A stretch of 64,000 bases of DNA. Source: an uncultured Chloroflexia bacterium. Its GTDB lineage: Bacteria > Chloroflexota > Limnocylindria > Limnocylindrales > CSP1-4. Both the position numbers and the translations under genes were made by a program. Position 1 is the first letter of the stretch. The number at the start of each line of letters is the position of its first letter. Location of the stretch: NCBI GenBank assembly GCA_963752475.1, contig CAVVYR010000029.1, positions 64,001-128,000 of the forward strand, read 5' to 3'. Positions 1 to 9,989 of this stretch are shown here, piece after piece. The notes under the pieces were generated by a model, which had not been told where the DNA came from, did no database searches, and saw only the letters and a program-made list of their open reading frames with translations.

Positions 1-720
1 GTCGATCTCGGTGACCATCGTTCGGGTGCGGATGGTCACACCCAACTGCGCCAACTGTCGCGCGGCGGCCTTGGACAGTGACCGTGGGTAGGTCGGCAGC
101 ACACGGTCGGTGCCCTCGACCAGGTAGACCACCGCCTCCTCGGTGTTGATGGCCCGGAAGTCGCGGGGCAAGGCGTCGCGAGCGATCTCGCACAACGAGC
201 CAGCCAGCTCCACGCCCGTGGGGCCGGCACCGACGATGACGAAGGTCATCCAATCGTGCTGCCGAGCGCTGTCGGTCTCCAACTCCGCGTTCTCGAAGGC
301 ATCGAGGATGCGGGCGCGCATCTGCAGCGCGTCCTCGAGCGTCTTGATGCCCGGCGCATACTCCGACCACTCGTCGTTGCCGAAGTACGAGTGCTTGGTG
401 CCGGTGGCCACGATGAGAGAGTCGTACTCGAGGTCGGTGCCGTCATCGATACGCACGGTCCGCGCGTCCGGATCAAGGCTCATGGCCTCGGCTAGCAGCA
501 CCCGCACGTCCTGATGCTTGCGCAGGATGAGGCGCAGGGGCTGGGCGATGTCCGAGGGCGTCAGGGCGCCGGTCGCGACCTGGTAGAGCAGCGGGCTGAA
601 GAGATGGTGATTGCGCCGATCGACGAGCGTGATATCGACGTCGCGCTTGGCCAGGGCACGAGCTGCATACAGGCCGCCGTAGCCGCCGCCGATGATCAGG
701 ACGCGATGTCGTTCAGGCAT
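1..720 (-). CDS. ndh: Type II NADH dehydrogenase (NDH-2), runs off the left edge of the window
   Basis: Not in the ORF track; translated by hand from ATG 720: MPERHRVLIIGGGYGGLYAARAL...NHHLFSPLLYQVATG...FVIVGAGPTGVELAG, i.e. two Rossmann motifs typical of NDH-2. AGGAG RBS upstream. Confidence 0.93.
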   Translation of the reverse strand, partial: MPERHRVLIIGGGYGGLYAARALAKRDVDITLVDRRNHHLFSPLLYQVATGALTPSDIAQPLRLILRKHQDVRVLLAEAMSLDPDARTVRIDDGTDLEYDSLIVATGTKHSYFGNDEWSEYAPGIKTLEDALQMRARILDAFENAELETDSARQHDWMTFVIVGAGPTGVELAGSLCEIARDALPRDFRAINTEEAVVYLVEGTDRVLPTYPRSLSKAAARQLAQLGVTIRTRTMVTEID

Positions 721-818
721 CTGGGGACTCCTTCAGCTCGCGGACCCGTCTCCCCTCCCACGGGTGCTGCCGACAGGATGCCACGTCGCGCTTCCCCGCA
801 CGCTTGACGGGAAGCTTA

Positions 819-843
819 TACTTTGTGAGTGCAAAGTACTTTG
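819..843. promoter_or_regulatory. Putative operator of three alternating TACTTTG/CAAAGTA half-sites
   Basis: TACTTTG-N6-CAAAGTA inverted repeat (819-838) overlaps the perfect palindrome CAAAGTACTTTG (832-843). AT-rich patch directly before the membrane protein + wHTH operon. Confidence 0.6.
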
Positions 844-852
844 GGGGAAGCG

Positions 853-1447
853 ATGAGCAGCACCGGCCGACCTGACGGAGATGGAGCGAGAGACATACCG
901 CGCGTACTGGTCGGACGGGATCGTGGACATCTACCTCGGGGTCTCGATGCTGTTCATGGGCGCGATGTGGACCTTGGTCAGCGACCTCGCGGGCATCGCG
1001 GGCGTGCTGCCCGCGGTGTTCGTCACGCCGGTGCTCGCGGGACGGAAACGGTTCGTCGAGGCCCGGCTCGGACACGTGGAGTGGCGGCCGCCTCGCCGAG
1101 ACTGGGAGCGACGCAATCTGCTGCTGCTCCTGACCTCGGGGATCGCGCTCTTCGTCCTGGGCGGAGCCACGTTCCTGTTGGTGGACGGCGGCGATGGCCT
1201 CCGCCCGTTCGCGCCAGGCATCCTGGCCTGGCTGCTGGCTGCCATCGCGCTGGGGCTGGCGCTCGTGCTCGACGCCATGCGGATGCTGATCTACGCGGCG
1301 GTGCTGGCACTGAGTGGTGCGGCTGTCGTTGCCCTCGGAGCCAACCCGGGTTGGCCCATGCTCGCGTGCGGTGTGGTCGCGACGGTCGTCGGCCTGGTCA
1401 TGCTTCGCCGCTTCATCGAACGCCATCCGGTCATCGAACCGGCGTGA
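853..1447 (+). CDS. Multi-pass membrane protein of unknown function (probable +1 frameshift near 865)
   Basis: About 6 hydrophobic segments in ORF 881-1447. ATG 853 (MSST) joins ADLTEMERETY if one base near 865 is removed. Confidence 0.75.
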
Positions 1448-1752
1448 GCGACGACGCGCCCTCCCCTTTCGGGCTCGACCGCCTGATCCACGAACCGGCT
1501 CGCCTGGTGCTCGTATCCAACCTGGCCATCGTCGACGAGGCCGACTTCGTCTTCCTCTCCGCTCGAACGGGTCTCACGGCGGGCAACATCAGCTCGCACA
1601 TGTCACGACTCGAGAGCGCCGGCTACGTGCACATCGAGAAGTCGTTCGCCGGCAAGCGCCCGCGCACCACCTACGCCCTGACCCCGGTGGGCCGCGCGGC
1701 GTTCGAGCGCTACCGCGCCCAGGTCGATGGGTTGCTCAGGGCCGACCGCTAG
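1444..1752 (+). CDS. Winged-helix transcriptional regulator (ArsR/MarR-like, HTH_34 type)
   Basis: LDRLIHEPARL...TGLTAGNISSHMSRLESAGYV...KRPRTTYALT. GTGA overlap with the upstream stop. Confidence 0.88.
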   Translation: MSDDAPSPFGLDRLIHEPARLVLVSNLAIVDEADFVFLSARTGLTAGNISSHMSRLESAGYVHIEKSFAGKRPRTTYALTPVGRAAFERYRAQVDGLLRADR

Positions 1753-1984
1753 CCCGAGCCTGCTCGACGAGCCACATGGCCGCAGCGTCCCGGGTCATGT
1801 ACTGGCCCGACTTCCTGCGTCGCGGGGTGGTCGCCATCCAGCGGGAGCCGAACTGCCCGGCACCCAGGCGAAAGCGGCCCACGCGGCCGATGCGCGTGTC
1901 CTTGTAGAACACCTCGTACTGACCGGCGCCCGGCGGGGATGTCTTGCGGTACTTGATGTGCTTGGAATCCGGACTCGCGACCAT
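1736..1984 (-). CDS. Small basic hypothetical protein (82 aa)
   Basis: GC3-biased codons; TATCCT -10-like hexamer just upstream; fills the gap between neighbours. Confidence 0.55.
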   Translation of the reverse strand: MVASPDSKHIKYRKTSPPGAGQYEVFYKDTRIGRVGRFRLGAGQFGSRWMATTPRRRKSGQYMTRDAAAMWLVEQARASGRP

Positions 1985-2010
1985 GGCCTCTCGAGGATAG
2001 CGCCAGAGCT

Positions 2011-2925
2011 CTATGCGGACCGCGGCGGGTTCTCCGCTCGAGCCGCATCGATGAGCGAGTCAGCCACCGTCGATCGAGCGGGCCGTACGAGATCGTCAAG
2101 GTGCCCGTCCGCAGGTGCAAGCCTGATGTCGACCCGGCCGTCGCTGACCTCGTGCAGCCACAGCCCGGGCAGCCCGGAGCGATCGTCGACGAAGCGACCG
2201 TCACGCACCGAGCCCTCGCGTCCCTCGGGACGGACCACCCGATACCGACCACCATCGACGAGCAGCCCGGCCCAGTTGTCCAGGCCGAGCCCGGACTCGC
2301 CGGCGTGGCGCAGCATCATGGCTTCGAAGTCGCTGGCCCGAAGGACACCATTCGACTGCGTGGCCTCGTAGTGTGGGCAGAGCAACCCGGGCAGCAGGCC
2401 GAGACCGTCGACGCGGATGTAGCGCCAATCAGCCGCTCGCGGATCATCGGCCGGCAGGGGCTCGAGATACGAGGCGGGGTCCATCGAGTCGCTGTGGCCG
2501 CCGTCGAACCAGCAGATAGCGCCGGCGCTGCCACCACAGGCCACGAGCCCTCCATCGATGGCCGTGGACAGCCTCGCGTCGAGACCGAGTGAGGCCCAGC
2601 GATCCACGGCGTAGAGCGTGTTGCCGCCGCTCACGAACACGGCGTCGGCCCGCTCGAGGGCCTCGTCGATCTCCGGGGCCGACGGATCTCGTGTGGCCAG
2701 ATCGAGTGGGCGCACGCGGCAGCCGAGCTCGGCGAAACGGATGGTCTGCCGCTGGCGCGGCTCGGGCGCGTCGTATGTCGCGGTCCCAAGGTAGAGCAGT
2801 TCGAGCCCGGCGGCGTCCTTGCCGCTCAGCTCGATGACGAGCTCGGCCATGCCTGGCTCGGCCAGCCCGCCGCCGGAGCCCATGAAGAGGCCGCGGACGT
2901 TCGATGTCGAAGGTGCGTCGGTCAT
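2011..2925 (-). CDS. Peptidase E-like (S51, class I glutamine amidotransferase fold)
   Basis: LYLGTA, FVSGGNT, GGSAGAICWF nucleophile motif, LCPHY. Confidence 0.85.
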   Translation of the reverse strand: MTDAPSTSNVRGLFMGSGGGLAEPGMAELVIELSGKDAAGLELLYLGTATYDAPEPRQRQTIRFAELGCRVRPLDLATRDPSAPEIDEALERADAVFVSGGNTLYAVDRWASLGLDARLSTAIDGGLVACGGSAGAICWFDGGHSDSMDPASYLEPLPADDPRAADWRYIRVDGLGLLPGLLCPHYEATQSNGVLRASDFEAMMLRHAGESGLGLDNWAGLLVDGGRYRVVRPEGREGSVRDGRFVDDRSGLPGLWLHEVSDGRVDIRLAPADGHLDDLVRPARSTVADSLIDAARAENPPRSA

Positions 2926-2951
2926 GCCCCTGAGTGTGCCCGGACAGGAGA

Positions 2952-2985
2952 AGACCCGGGCCGGAGGGGGGACCGGCCCGGGTCT
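2952..2985 (-). terminator. Stem-loop, probable terminator of the F420-type reductase gene
   Basis: Perfect 13-bp stem AGACCCGGGCCGG/CCGGCCCGGGTCT, 8-nt loop, weak pyrimidine tail on the minus strand. Confidence 0.55.
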
Positions 2986-3008
2986 GAGGGGACTGGCAGG
3001 GGGCGCCG

Positions 3009-3431
3009 CTAGCGGGGCTCGAGCACGATCACCGGGATGTACGAGCGCTTGGTCTGCTTCTCGTATTCGGCGAAGTTGGGGAGGGCTGCCTTCTGCTTGT
3101 TCCAGATGCGGTCGTATTCCTGGCCCTTGGCCTCGCGCGCCCGGACCGCGATGGACTCGGCGCCGACCTCGACGGTGGTGTCGGGGTGGGTGAGGAGGTT
3201 GTAGTACCAGGCCGGATTGTCATCGGCACCGCCCTTGGACGCGAAGACCGCCCAGCCGGCCTCGAGCTTCTGGCTGGCCAGCGGGGCGATGCGCTCGACG
3301 CCGCTCTTGGCGCCCTTGTGGTGGACGAGCGCGATGGGTACGCCGGTGAAGTAGCCGCCCACGATGCCGTCGTTAGCGCGGAACTCCTCGATGACGGCCT
3401 TGTTCTGGTCAGCCCACTTGTTGTCGGACAC
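3009..3431 (-). CDS. Deazaflavin (F420H2)-dependent nitroreductase/quinone reductase, DDN family
   Basis: NKAVIEEFRANDG, GAKSG, ASKGG, NPAWYYNL, YEKQTKR..IPVIVL family motifs. Confidence 0.88.
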   Translation of the reverse strand: MSDNKWADQNKAVIEEFRANDGIVGGYFTGVPIALVHHKGAKSGVERIAPLASQKLEAGWAVFASKGGADDNPAWYYNLLTHPDTTVEVGAESIAVRAREAKGQEYDRIWNKQKAALPNFAEYEKQTKRSYIPVIVLEPR

Positions 3432-3463
3432 GGCGACTTCCTTTGTCGTTTCATTCGTAATCT

Positions 3464-3475
3464 TTGCGTATGCAA
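3464..3475. promoter_or_regulatory. Candidate MarR operator
   Basis: Near-palindrome TTGCGTATGCAA in the AT-rich spacer between the divergent reductase and MarR genes. Confidence 0.45.
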
Positions 3476-3546
3476 CAATATCGCACGACAGCGATGTTCG
3501 TCAAGGCCTACCATCAGCACACGGAGACGACGACGCAGGAGACGAC

Positions 3547-4044
3547 GTGACCGAGACCATCGAGAAGACGGCGCACCCCAAGACCGACCTCATCCCCCAC
3601 GATCGTCGAGCCACGACCGACGCCCTGCTCGACGCCAGCATGCTCGTGGGCGCCGCTATCGAGCGACTGGCCGTGGGCCCGGCGGGGCTCGATGCGGCCA
3701 CGGCCGATCTGCTGGTTCGGCTGACGCAGTCGCCTTCGTGCGGCATCCGCGGCGTGGACATCGGCGAGCAGTGCCAGATGACGGCTACGCGTGTCTCGCG
3801 GCTGCTGGACCGGGCGGAGGCCGAGGGACTGGTCCAGCGCACGCCGGACCCGACCGACCGACGGGCGCAGCACGTGGTGCTGACCGAGGAGGGCTACGAG
3901 GCCGCCGAGCGCCTGGCGCCGATGATGAACGACGTCCTCGACGAGCTCGTCTACGAGACCCTCACGGCGCAGGAGCGCGCTACCCTCATCAAGCTCCTGG
4001 GCAAGCTGACCGCCCGTGCCCGAGAGATGCTGAACGACCACTGA
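3547..4044 (+). CDS. MarR family regulator
   Basis: VSRLLDRAEAEGLVQRTPDPTDRRAQHVVLTEEG; GTG 3547 follows AGGAG. Confidence 0.9.
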   Translation: MTETIEKTAHPKTDLIPHDRRATTDALLDASMLVGAAIERLAVGPAGLDAATADLLVRLTQSPSCGIRGVDIGEQCQMTATRVSRLLDRAEAEGLVQRTPDPTDRRAQHVVLTEEGYEAAERLAPMMNDVLDELVYETLTAQERATLIKLLGKLTARAREMLNDH

Positions 4045-4057
4045 CGAGGAGACCCAG

Positions 4058-4486
4058 ATGCACCTGATCGCACGCTCGCTCGTGGCATCCATCGCCACCC
4101 TCGCGCTGGCCGTTCCGGCCGTGGCCCAGGAAGAGGAGGTAGCCAAGTCCACCATCTCCGCCATCGAGCGGGGTGAGGCCGAGTCCATGGTCTACCTCGA
4201 GGGAGCAGCCCTCGAACACACCGAAGACGATGACGAGTACCTCTTCAGCGACGGTACAGGCACGATCCGCATCGACGTCGACGAGAACGCCGGCGCGGGT
4301 GAGCTCCCGCTCTTCGAGCTTGTGGGCATCGAAGGCACGCTGGCCGCGGACGAGATCGATGTCTCGCGTTGGGCTGTCCTGCCCATCATCACCCCGGCGG
4401 TCATCGTGCCCGAAGAACAGGTCATCGAAGCCTTCTGGGGCTGGATCGTGGCCTACGGCAGCCAGGCACCTGAACCCACGGAGTAG
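4058..4486 (+). CDS. Secreted OB-fold protein (YgiW/YdeI-like)
   Basis: Signal peptide ending AVA-Q; DDEYLFSDGTGTIRIDVD and EIDV motifs of the bacterial OB-fold family. Confidence 0.75.
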   Translation: MHLIARSLVASIATLALAVPAVAQEEEVAKSTISAIERGEAESMVYLEGAALEHTEDDDEYLFSDGTGTIRIDVDENAGAGELPLFELVGIEGTLAADEIDVSRWAVLPIITPAVIVPEEQVIEAFWGWIVAYGSQAPEPTE

Positions 4487-4491
4487 CCTGC

Positions 4492-4707
4492 CTAGGCCTT
4501 TGGAGCGCGGCGAGACAGGCGGTCGAACCATTCCCGCGCACGGCGCGGAGGGGTGGTCGACTCGGTCATGTGCCTTCGCCGAAGGCGGTGGCGCAGCCAG
4601 ATGGGCGTGGGCTCCTTGCCCAGCGGGCGCGTGCGATCCTCCAGCGTCGAACTCGACATGATGGGGACACGTTGAGAGCCCAGGTGGGCCGGCGTGTGCT
4701 GTGCCAC
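4492..4707 (-). CDS. Small basic hypothetical protein (71 aa)
   Basis: AAGGGAG RBS before the GTG; no recognisable domain. Confidence 0.45.
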   Translation of the reverse strand: MAQHTPAHLGSQRVPIMSSSTLEDRTRPLGKEPTPIWLRHRLRRRHMTESTTPPRRAREWFDRLSRRAPKA

Positions 4708-4932
4708 GGTCTACTCCCTTCGCCAGGAACGGTCCTGATTGCCTGACCGGGCACATGGGCAGACGCCGCCGCGGAGGCGGCTCATCAAGGATACGGGGCT
4801 CTGCAAGAGGCCGGCGGTCACCTGGTCGAAGGCGCAGTCGGGGACGACGTCGGACGCGTACCGAAGCAGGTGCCGGATGGCATCTCCTGCTTCCTGCCGT
4901 GGGCGGCCCGTCGACAGAGACGGAGCCGTTCG

Positions 4933-7140
4933 CTACCCGTCGACCAGGGAGCGCAGGAGTCGGCGGACGTCGCGCGGACCAGCCAGACGGAAGCGAGCAG
5001 CCGTGGAGCCGCTGCCGACACGGATGGTCCAAGCGCTGCGCGACAGGCTGGCGAAGAGGTCCTCGTCGGTGCGGTCATCGCCGATGGCGAGCACGAACGA
5101 CTTGCGCCGGAAGCGGGAGGCCAGGAGCGCCGCGACCTCGCCCTTGTTGGCCCAGGCATAGCGCACCTCCACGACCTTGTTGCCATGGATCACGGCCAGC
5201 TCGGTCCCGGCCAGCTGGTTCTCGAGCGTAGCCACCAGTTCGTTGGCCAGCCAGGAACCGAACTCCGCATCCACGAGCCGGTAGTGCCAGGCCAGCGCGT
5301 ACTGCTTGTTCTCGACGAGCGATCCCGGCGCGCTGGCCGCGTACTGCTCGAGCATCGGCCGTACGTGGTCCTTCCACGAGAGGTCCATGCCGCCGCGCAG
5401 CATCTCCCAACCCTCGCGACCGGGCTCCCGCATGAGCGCGCCGTGCTCGACGGCCAGACCCAGGTTCGGGATGTCGCCGAACCAGCCTTCGATGTCGGCC
5501 TGTGAGCGCCCGCTGATGATGGCGGTGGTGGTGTCGGGCAGAGCAGCCAGGTCCCGCAGGAGCGTCATCAGCCTTGAGCTGGGCGCGGCATCCTGGGGGC
5601 GCGGCTTGATGTCCACGAGCGTGCCGTCGTAGTCGAGCAGCAACAGTCGTCGCTCGGCCTTGGCGAACGCGGCTCGGGCGGCTTCGGGGTCCGGCGTGGG
5701 CCGATCCTTGTGCATCGTCTGTCCGTCGCCAGTGGTCGCGGCACGCAAGCCTTCGATGAAGCGCTCGGCCCAGACCACCGCGTCGTTGCGGTGGACGCGT
5801 TCGTGCAGCGCGGCCATGCGTTCGGCTCGGTCCTCCGAGTCCATCTCAAGGGCCCGGACCATGACCTCGGCCGTCCCGACCTCGTCGTAGGGATTGATGC
5901 GCAGCGCTTCGCCCAGTTCGTGAGCGGCACCGGCGAACTCGCTCAACACGAGCACGCCGTCACCACCGTGCTGGCAGGCGACGTACTCCTTGGCCACGAG
6001 GTTCATGCCGTCACGCACAGGCCCCACCCAGGCCACGTCCGCGGCCGAGTAGAGCGCGGCCAGCTCCTGCTTGTTGACCGAGCGACGGAGGTACACCACG
6101 GGCTGCCACTCGGGCGTGCCGAAGTCACCGTTGACCTCACCCACGAGCTCGCTGACCTCGCTGCGGAGTTCGGCGTAGGCCGGCACGCGCTCCCGCGAGG
6201 GCACCGCTACCTGCACCAACGTGACCTTGCCTCGCCAGTTCGGTGATGAGCGAAGGAGCCGTCGGAAGGTGCGCAGACGCTCGGGGATGCCCTTGGTGTA
6301 GTCGAGTCGGTCGACCGAGATCATGAGCTTGCGCCCATGGTGGCGCTCGTTGAGCTCGGCGCGACGTCGAGCCACCTTGCGGTCGTCGCGGATGAGCTCC
6401 TCCCACTCGTCGGACTGGATGCCGATAGGCAGGGCCGAGAGATGGACCGTGCGGCCGTCGACCTGGACGCTGTCCATCTGGCTCTCGAGCCCGAGCACCT
6501 GCAGCAGCGAGCGGCGGAAGTTGTGCAGGTGGCCGTGGGTCTGGAAGGCCAACGAGTCGGCCCCCAGGAGGCCGCGCAGCAGCTCCTCTCGCTCGGGCAG
6601 GATGCGGAAGACCTCGGACGACGGGAACGGGATGTGCAGGAAGAAGCCGATGCGGGCGTTGGGAGCACCCTCGCGGATCATCTGTGGCACCAGCATCAGC
6701 TGGTAGTCGTGCGCCCAGATGAGGTCGTTCTTGCGGGTGCGCGAGAGCACGGCTTCGGCGAAGCGCTCGTTGGCCGCGCGATACGCGCCCCAGCTCTCGG
6801 GCGCGAAGACGACCCTCGTGGGGAACCCGTGCAGCAGGGGCCAGAGCGTGTCGTTGGCGTAGCCCTCGTAGAACGAGCGCGAGACCTTGGCCGGGATCTC
6901 CACGGCCACGTAGCCGTGCTCGTCCTCCCACTCGCGCATGAGCCGGGCCCGGCCCTCAGGCTCACCGGGGAGCGCATCACCGGGCCAGCCGAGCCAGAGA
7001 CCGTGTGTCTGCTGCATCAACGGCGCCATGGCCGCTACCAGCCCGCCAGAAGACCGCTCGCCGCGCCAGCGGCCTGATACTCGCTTCGCTGTCAATGGCA
7101 GCCGGTTCGAGACGACCAGCAACCGCTCTTTGGTAGTCAC
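4933..7140 (-). CDS. otsAB: Bifunctional trehalose-6-phosphate synthase/phosphatase
   Basis: GT20 motifs [46 protein letters not shown], fused to HAD motifs LDYDGTL and GDDRTDED. Confidence 0.95.
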   Translation of the reverse strand: MTTKERLLVVSNRLPLTAKRVSGRWRGERSSGGLVAAMAPLMQQTHGLWLGWPGDALPGEPEGRARLMREWEDEHGYVAVEIPAKVSRSFYEGYANDTLWPLLHGFPTRVVFAPESWGAYRAANERFAEAVLSRTRKNDLIWAHDYQLMLVPQMIREGAPNARIGFFLHIPFPSSEVFRILPEREELLRGLLGADSLAFQTHGHLHNFRRSLLQVLGLESQMDSVQVDGRTVHLSALPIGIQSDEWEELIRDDRKVARRRAELNERHHGRKLMISVDRLDYTKGIPERLRTFRRLLRSSPNWRGKVTLVQVAVPSRERVPAYAELRSEVSELVGEVNGDFGTPEWQPVVYLRRSVNKQELAALYSAADVAWVGPVRDGMNLVAKEYVACQHGGDGVLVLSEFAGAAHELGEALRINPYDEVGTAEVMVRALEMDSEDRAERMAALHERVHRNDAVVWAERFIEGLRAATTGDGQTMHKDRPTPDPEAARAAFAKAERRLLLLDYDGTLVDIKPRPQDAAPSSRLMTLLRDLAALPDTTTAIISGRSQADIEGWFGDIPNLGLAVEHGALMREPGREGWEMLRGGMDLSWKDHVRPMLEQYAASAPGSLVENKQYALAWHYRLVDAEFGSWLANELVATLENQLAGTELAVIHGNKVVEVRYAWANKGEVAALLASRFRRKSFVLAIGDDRTDEDLFASLSRSAWTIRVGSGSTAARFRLAGPRDVRRLLRSLVDG

Positions 7141-7254
7141 CCCTTCAGCATAGGCCGAATGGCGTGACCGGGATGGACCGCCGTTCACTAGCCTTCACCA
7201 CACCATTCCCCTAACGTGAGTGCCAGCGTCGGTCGCCTGTCAGCGGAGGTCGGG

Positions 7255-9030
7255 ATGAAGCCACTCGAGGAGCCATTCGCGTCCATCGTCGCCGGACGCC
7301 CTGCCGAGATCGACCTGCGTGGCTTCAAACTGCTCGGCGCCCGCCTCTTCACCAAGGACCTCGCCTTCCGCGAGGAGGAGCGTGACGCCTTGGGGCTTCG
7401 CGGCATGCTGCCGGACCGCGTCCAGACCATCGAGGAGCAGGTCCAGCTGGAGTGGGAGCACGTCTCGCGCAAGGAAGACGCGCTGGAGAAGTACATCGGG
7501 CTGGCTGCCCTGCAGGACCGCAACGCAACCCTCTTCTATCGCCTCCTCGCCGACCACCTCGACGAGCTCATGCCAGTGGTCTACACGCCCACCGTGGGCC
7601 AGGCCTGCCAACAGTTCAGTCACATCCTGCGCCGCACGCGCGGGATCTGGATCACGCCGGACGACATCGACCGCATCCCCCAGCTGCTGCGCAACTCGCC
7701 CTACGGGGACGTGCGCCTCATCGTGGTCACGGACAACGAACGCATCCTCGGCCTCGGCGATCAGGGCGCCGGCGGCATGGGCATCCCCATCGGCAAGCTG
7801 GCGTTGTACTCGGCCGGCGGCGGGCTCCACCCCAGCCTGACCCTGCCGGTCTCGCTCGACGTGGGCACGGACAACAAGACCCTGCTGCGCGATCCGCTGT
7901 ACATGGGCTACCGCGCACGACGCCTGCGTGGCGCCGCGTATCGCGAGCTCATCGAGGCCTTCGTGCACGGCGTGGAGGAGGTCTGGCCCGGCTGCATCAT
8001 CCAGTGGGAGGACTTCAAGGGCCCCAACGCCCTGCGCATCCTGGAGCGGTTCCGCAACCACGTTCCCAGCTTCAACGACGACATCCAGGGCACGGCCGGC
8101 GTGACCGTGGCTGGGCTCTACGCCGCAGCCAAGCGCCTCGGCCGCCCGCTGACCGACCTGACGTTCGTGCTGGCCGGGGCCGGGGCCGCGGGCATCGGCA
8201 TCGCCCGCCTGCTGCGCCGGGCGCTCGAGGAGGAGGGCCTGACCGACGCCGAGATCGACCCGCGGCTGACGCTGCTCGACTCCCACGGCGTCGTCCACGC
8301 CGGACGTCACGACCTCGACGAGTTCAAGCAGGAGGTGGCCATCTCCGCCGAGCGCGTGGGCGAGCTGGAGCTGGCGCTCGAAGGCGACGACCATCAGCGG
8401 CTGTGCGAGATCATCAAGGCCGTCCGGCCGGACGTGCTCATCGGCACCACCGGTCAGCCGGGCTCGTTCGATCAGTGTGTCGTCTCGGCCATGGCCGAGG
8501 CTACCGAGGAGCCGGTGATCTTCGCCCTCTCGAACCCCTCGAGCAGGGTGGAGGCCACGCCGGCCGACATCCTCGCCTGGTCCGACGGCCGGGCGCTGGT
8601 CGCGACCGGCAGCCCCTTCGCCCCGGTCTCCTGGAAGGGCGTGCCACGGCCGGTCGGGCAGGCCAACAACGTCTTCATCTTCCCGGGCGTGGGCATGGGC
8701 GCCGTGGTCGCCGAGGCGTCGCGCATCACCGAGGAGATGTTCCTGACTGCGGCACGGGCGCTGTCGGACCATGTGTCCGAAGAGCGGCTTGCCGACGGCG
8801 CGCTCTACCCGCCGGTCGAGGCCCTCAACGAGATCTCGCACGCGGTGGCGCTGGCGGTCGCACGGGAGGCAGTCGACTCGGGGGTGGCCCAGGTCGACCC
8901 TGCCACAGACCTCGAGTTCGTCCTCGACGAGGCCATGTGGTGGCCGGCGTACGTGCCCTACATCAAGTCACGCGTGGCCGTCCATCGCGACGAGATCTAC
9001 GCCGCGCACGAGGCCTTGACCGGACGCTAG
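7255..9030 (+). CDS. maeA: NAD-dependent malic enzyme
   Basis: PVVYTPTVG, VTDNERILGLGDQG, QWEDF, FNDDIQGT, GAGAAG, LSNP, QANNVFIFPG; GGAGG RBS. Confidence 0.95.
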   Translation: MKPLEEPFASIVAGRPAEIDLRGFKLLGARLFTKDLAFREEERDALGLRGMLPDRVQTIEEQVQLEWEHVSRKEDALEKYIGLAALQDRNATLFYRLLADHLDELMPVVYTPTVGQACQQFSHILRRTRGIWITPDDIDRIPQLLRNSPYGDVRLIVVTDNERILGLGDQGAGGMGIPIGKLALYSAGGGLHPSLTLPVSLDVGTDNKTLLRDPLYMGYRARRLRGAAYRELIEAFVHGVEEVWPGCIIQWEDFKGPNALRILERFRNHVPSFNDDIQGTAGVTVAGLYAAAKRLGRPLTDLTFVLAGAGAAGIGIARLLRRALEEEGLTDAEIDPRLTLLDSHGVVHAGRHDLDEFKQEVAISAERVGELELALEGDDHQRLCEIIKAVRPDVLIGTTGQPGSFDQCVVSAMAEATEEPVIFALSNPSSRVEATPADILAWSDGRALVATGSPFAPVSWKGVPRPVGQANNVFIFPGVGMGAVVAEASRITEEMFLTAARALSDHVSEERLADGALYPPVEALNEISHAVALAVAREAVDSGVAQVDPATDLEFVLDEAMWWPAYVPYIKSRVAVHRDEIYAAHEALTGR

Positions 9031-9052
9031 ACGCCTCACCCCACTCGGCTGA

Positions 9053-9976
9053 TCAGCCCTTCACGCCACCCAGCGTCAGGCCGGAGACGAGGTACTTGGA
9101 GACATAGACGAAGAGGAAGACGATGGGCACGCTGACCATGATGGCCGCGGCCGAGAGGTCGGCCCACTGCGTCGAGAACTGCGCCTGGAAGCGAGCCATG
9201 CCCAGGGGCCAGGTCAGCAGCGCCTCGTTGCCGCCGACAAGGATGCGCGCGAAGAAGTACTCGCCCCAGGCGGCCAGGAAGTTGAGCAGGTACACGATGG
9301 CCAGCGCCGGCACCGACAGCGGCAGCAGCACGCGGTAGAAGGCCTGGAACTCGGTGCAGCCATCGATCTTGGCCGCCTCCTCGAGGTCGAAGGGGATGGT
9401 GTCGTAGTAACCCTTCAGGATCCAGATCGAGAACGGGATGGCCGTGACCGCGTAGGCCAGCATCAGGCCGGGGTAGGTGTTCACCAGGCCCGCCTGCACG
9501 TAGATGATGAAGATCGGGACCAGCAGCATGACGCCGGGGATGAGCTGGGTGGCGAAGAGGAAGGTCAGCCCGGAGTTGCGTCCGCGGAACCTGTAGCGGC
9601 TGAAGCCGTAGGCGGAGACGGCCGCGAACACGAGCCCCAGCGTGGCCACGCCGAAGGTCACCATCAGGCTGTTGAAGACCCAGTTGGTGAAGTTGCTATC
9701 GAAGAGCACCCGGGAGTAGGCGTCGATGGTGGCACCCTCGGGGATGAGCGCCAGCGACTTGTTGGTCACCGCCTGATCGGGTCGCAGCGAGGTGCTCACC
9801 ACGCGCGCCACCGGGTAGAGCACGATGATCGAGGCGATGATGAGCGCGAGATGGATGAGGGCGCGCTTCAGGGGCGAGTCCTCGCCGCGCCGCGGCGGCT
9901 GCGTCAGCCGTTGGCGCAGGCTGCGCTCGCCCCGTTGTGCGCTGACCTGGGTCATGGGTCGGGTCTGCAGGCTCAT
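9053..9976 (-). CDS. Sugar ABC permease (MalG-like)
   Basis: EAA loop IPFDLEEAAKIDG; C-terminal GLTLGGVKG. Confidence 0.93.
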   Translation of the reverse strand: MSLQTRPMTQVSAQRGERSLRQRLTQPPRRGEDSPLKRALIHLALIIASIIVLYPVARVVSTSLRPDQAVTNKSLALIPEGATIDAYSRVLFDSNFTNWVFNSLMVTFGVATLGLVFAAVSAYGFSRYRFRGRNSGLTFLFATQLIPGVMLLVPIFIIYVQAGLVNTYPGLMLAYAVTAIPFSIWILKGYYDTIPFDLEEAAKIDGCTEFQAFYRVLLPLSVPALAIVYLLNFLAAWGEYFFARILVGGNEALLTWPLGMARFQAQFSTQWADLSAAAIMVSVPIVFLFVYVSKYLVSGLTLGGVKG

Positions 9977-9989
9977 GCGATCACCTCGC

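Noticed and set aside
3464-3481. A seventh copy of the island operator (GTATGC)
   Set aside because: The right half-site does not match; TTGCGTATGCAA is better explained as the adjacent MarR site.
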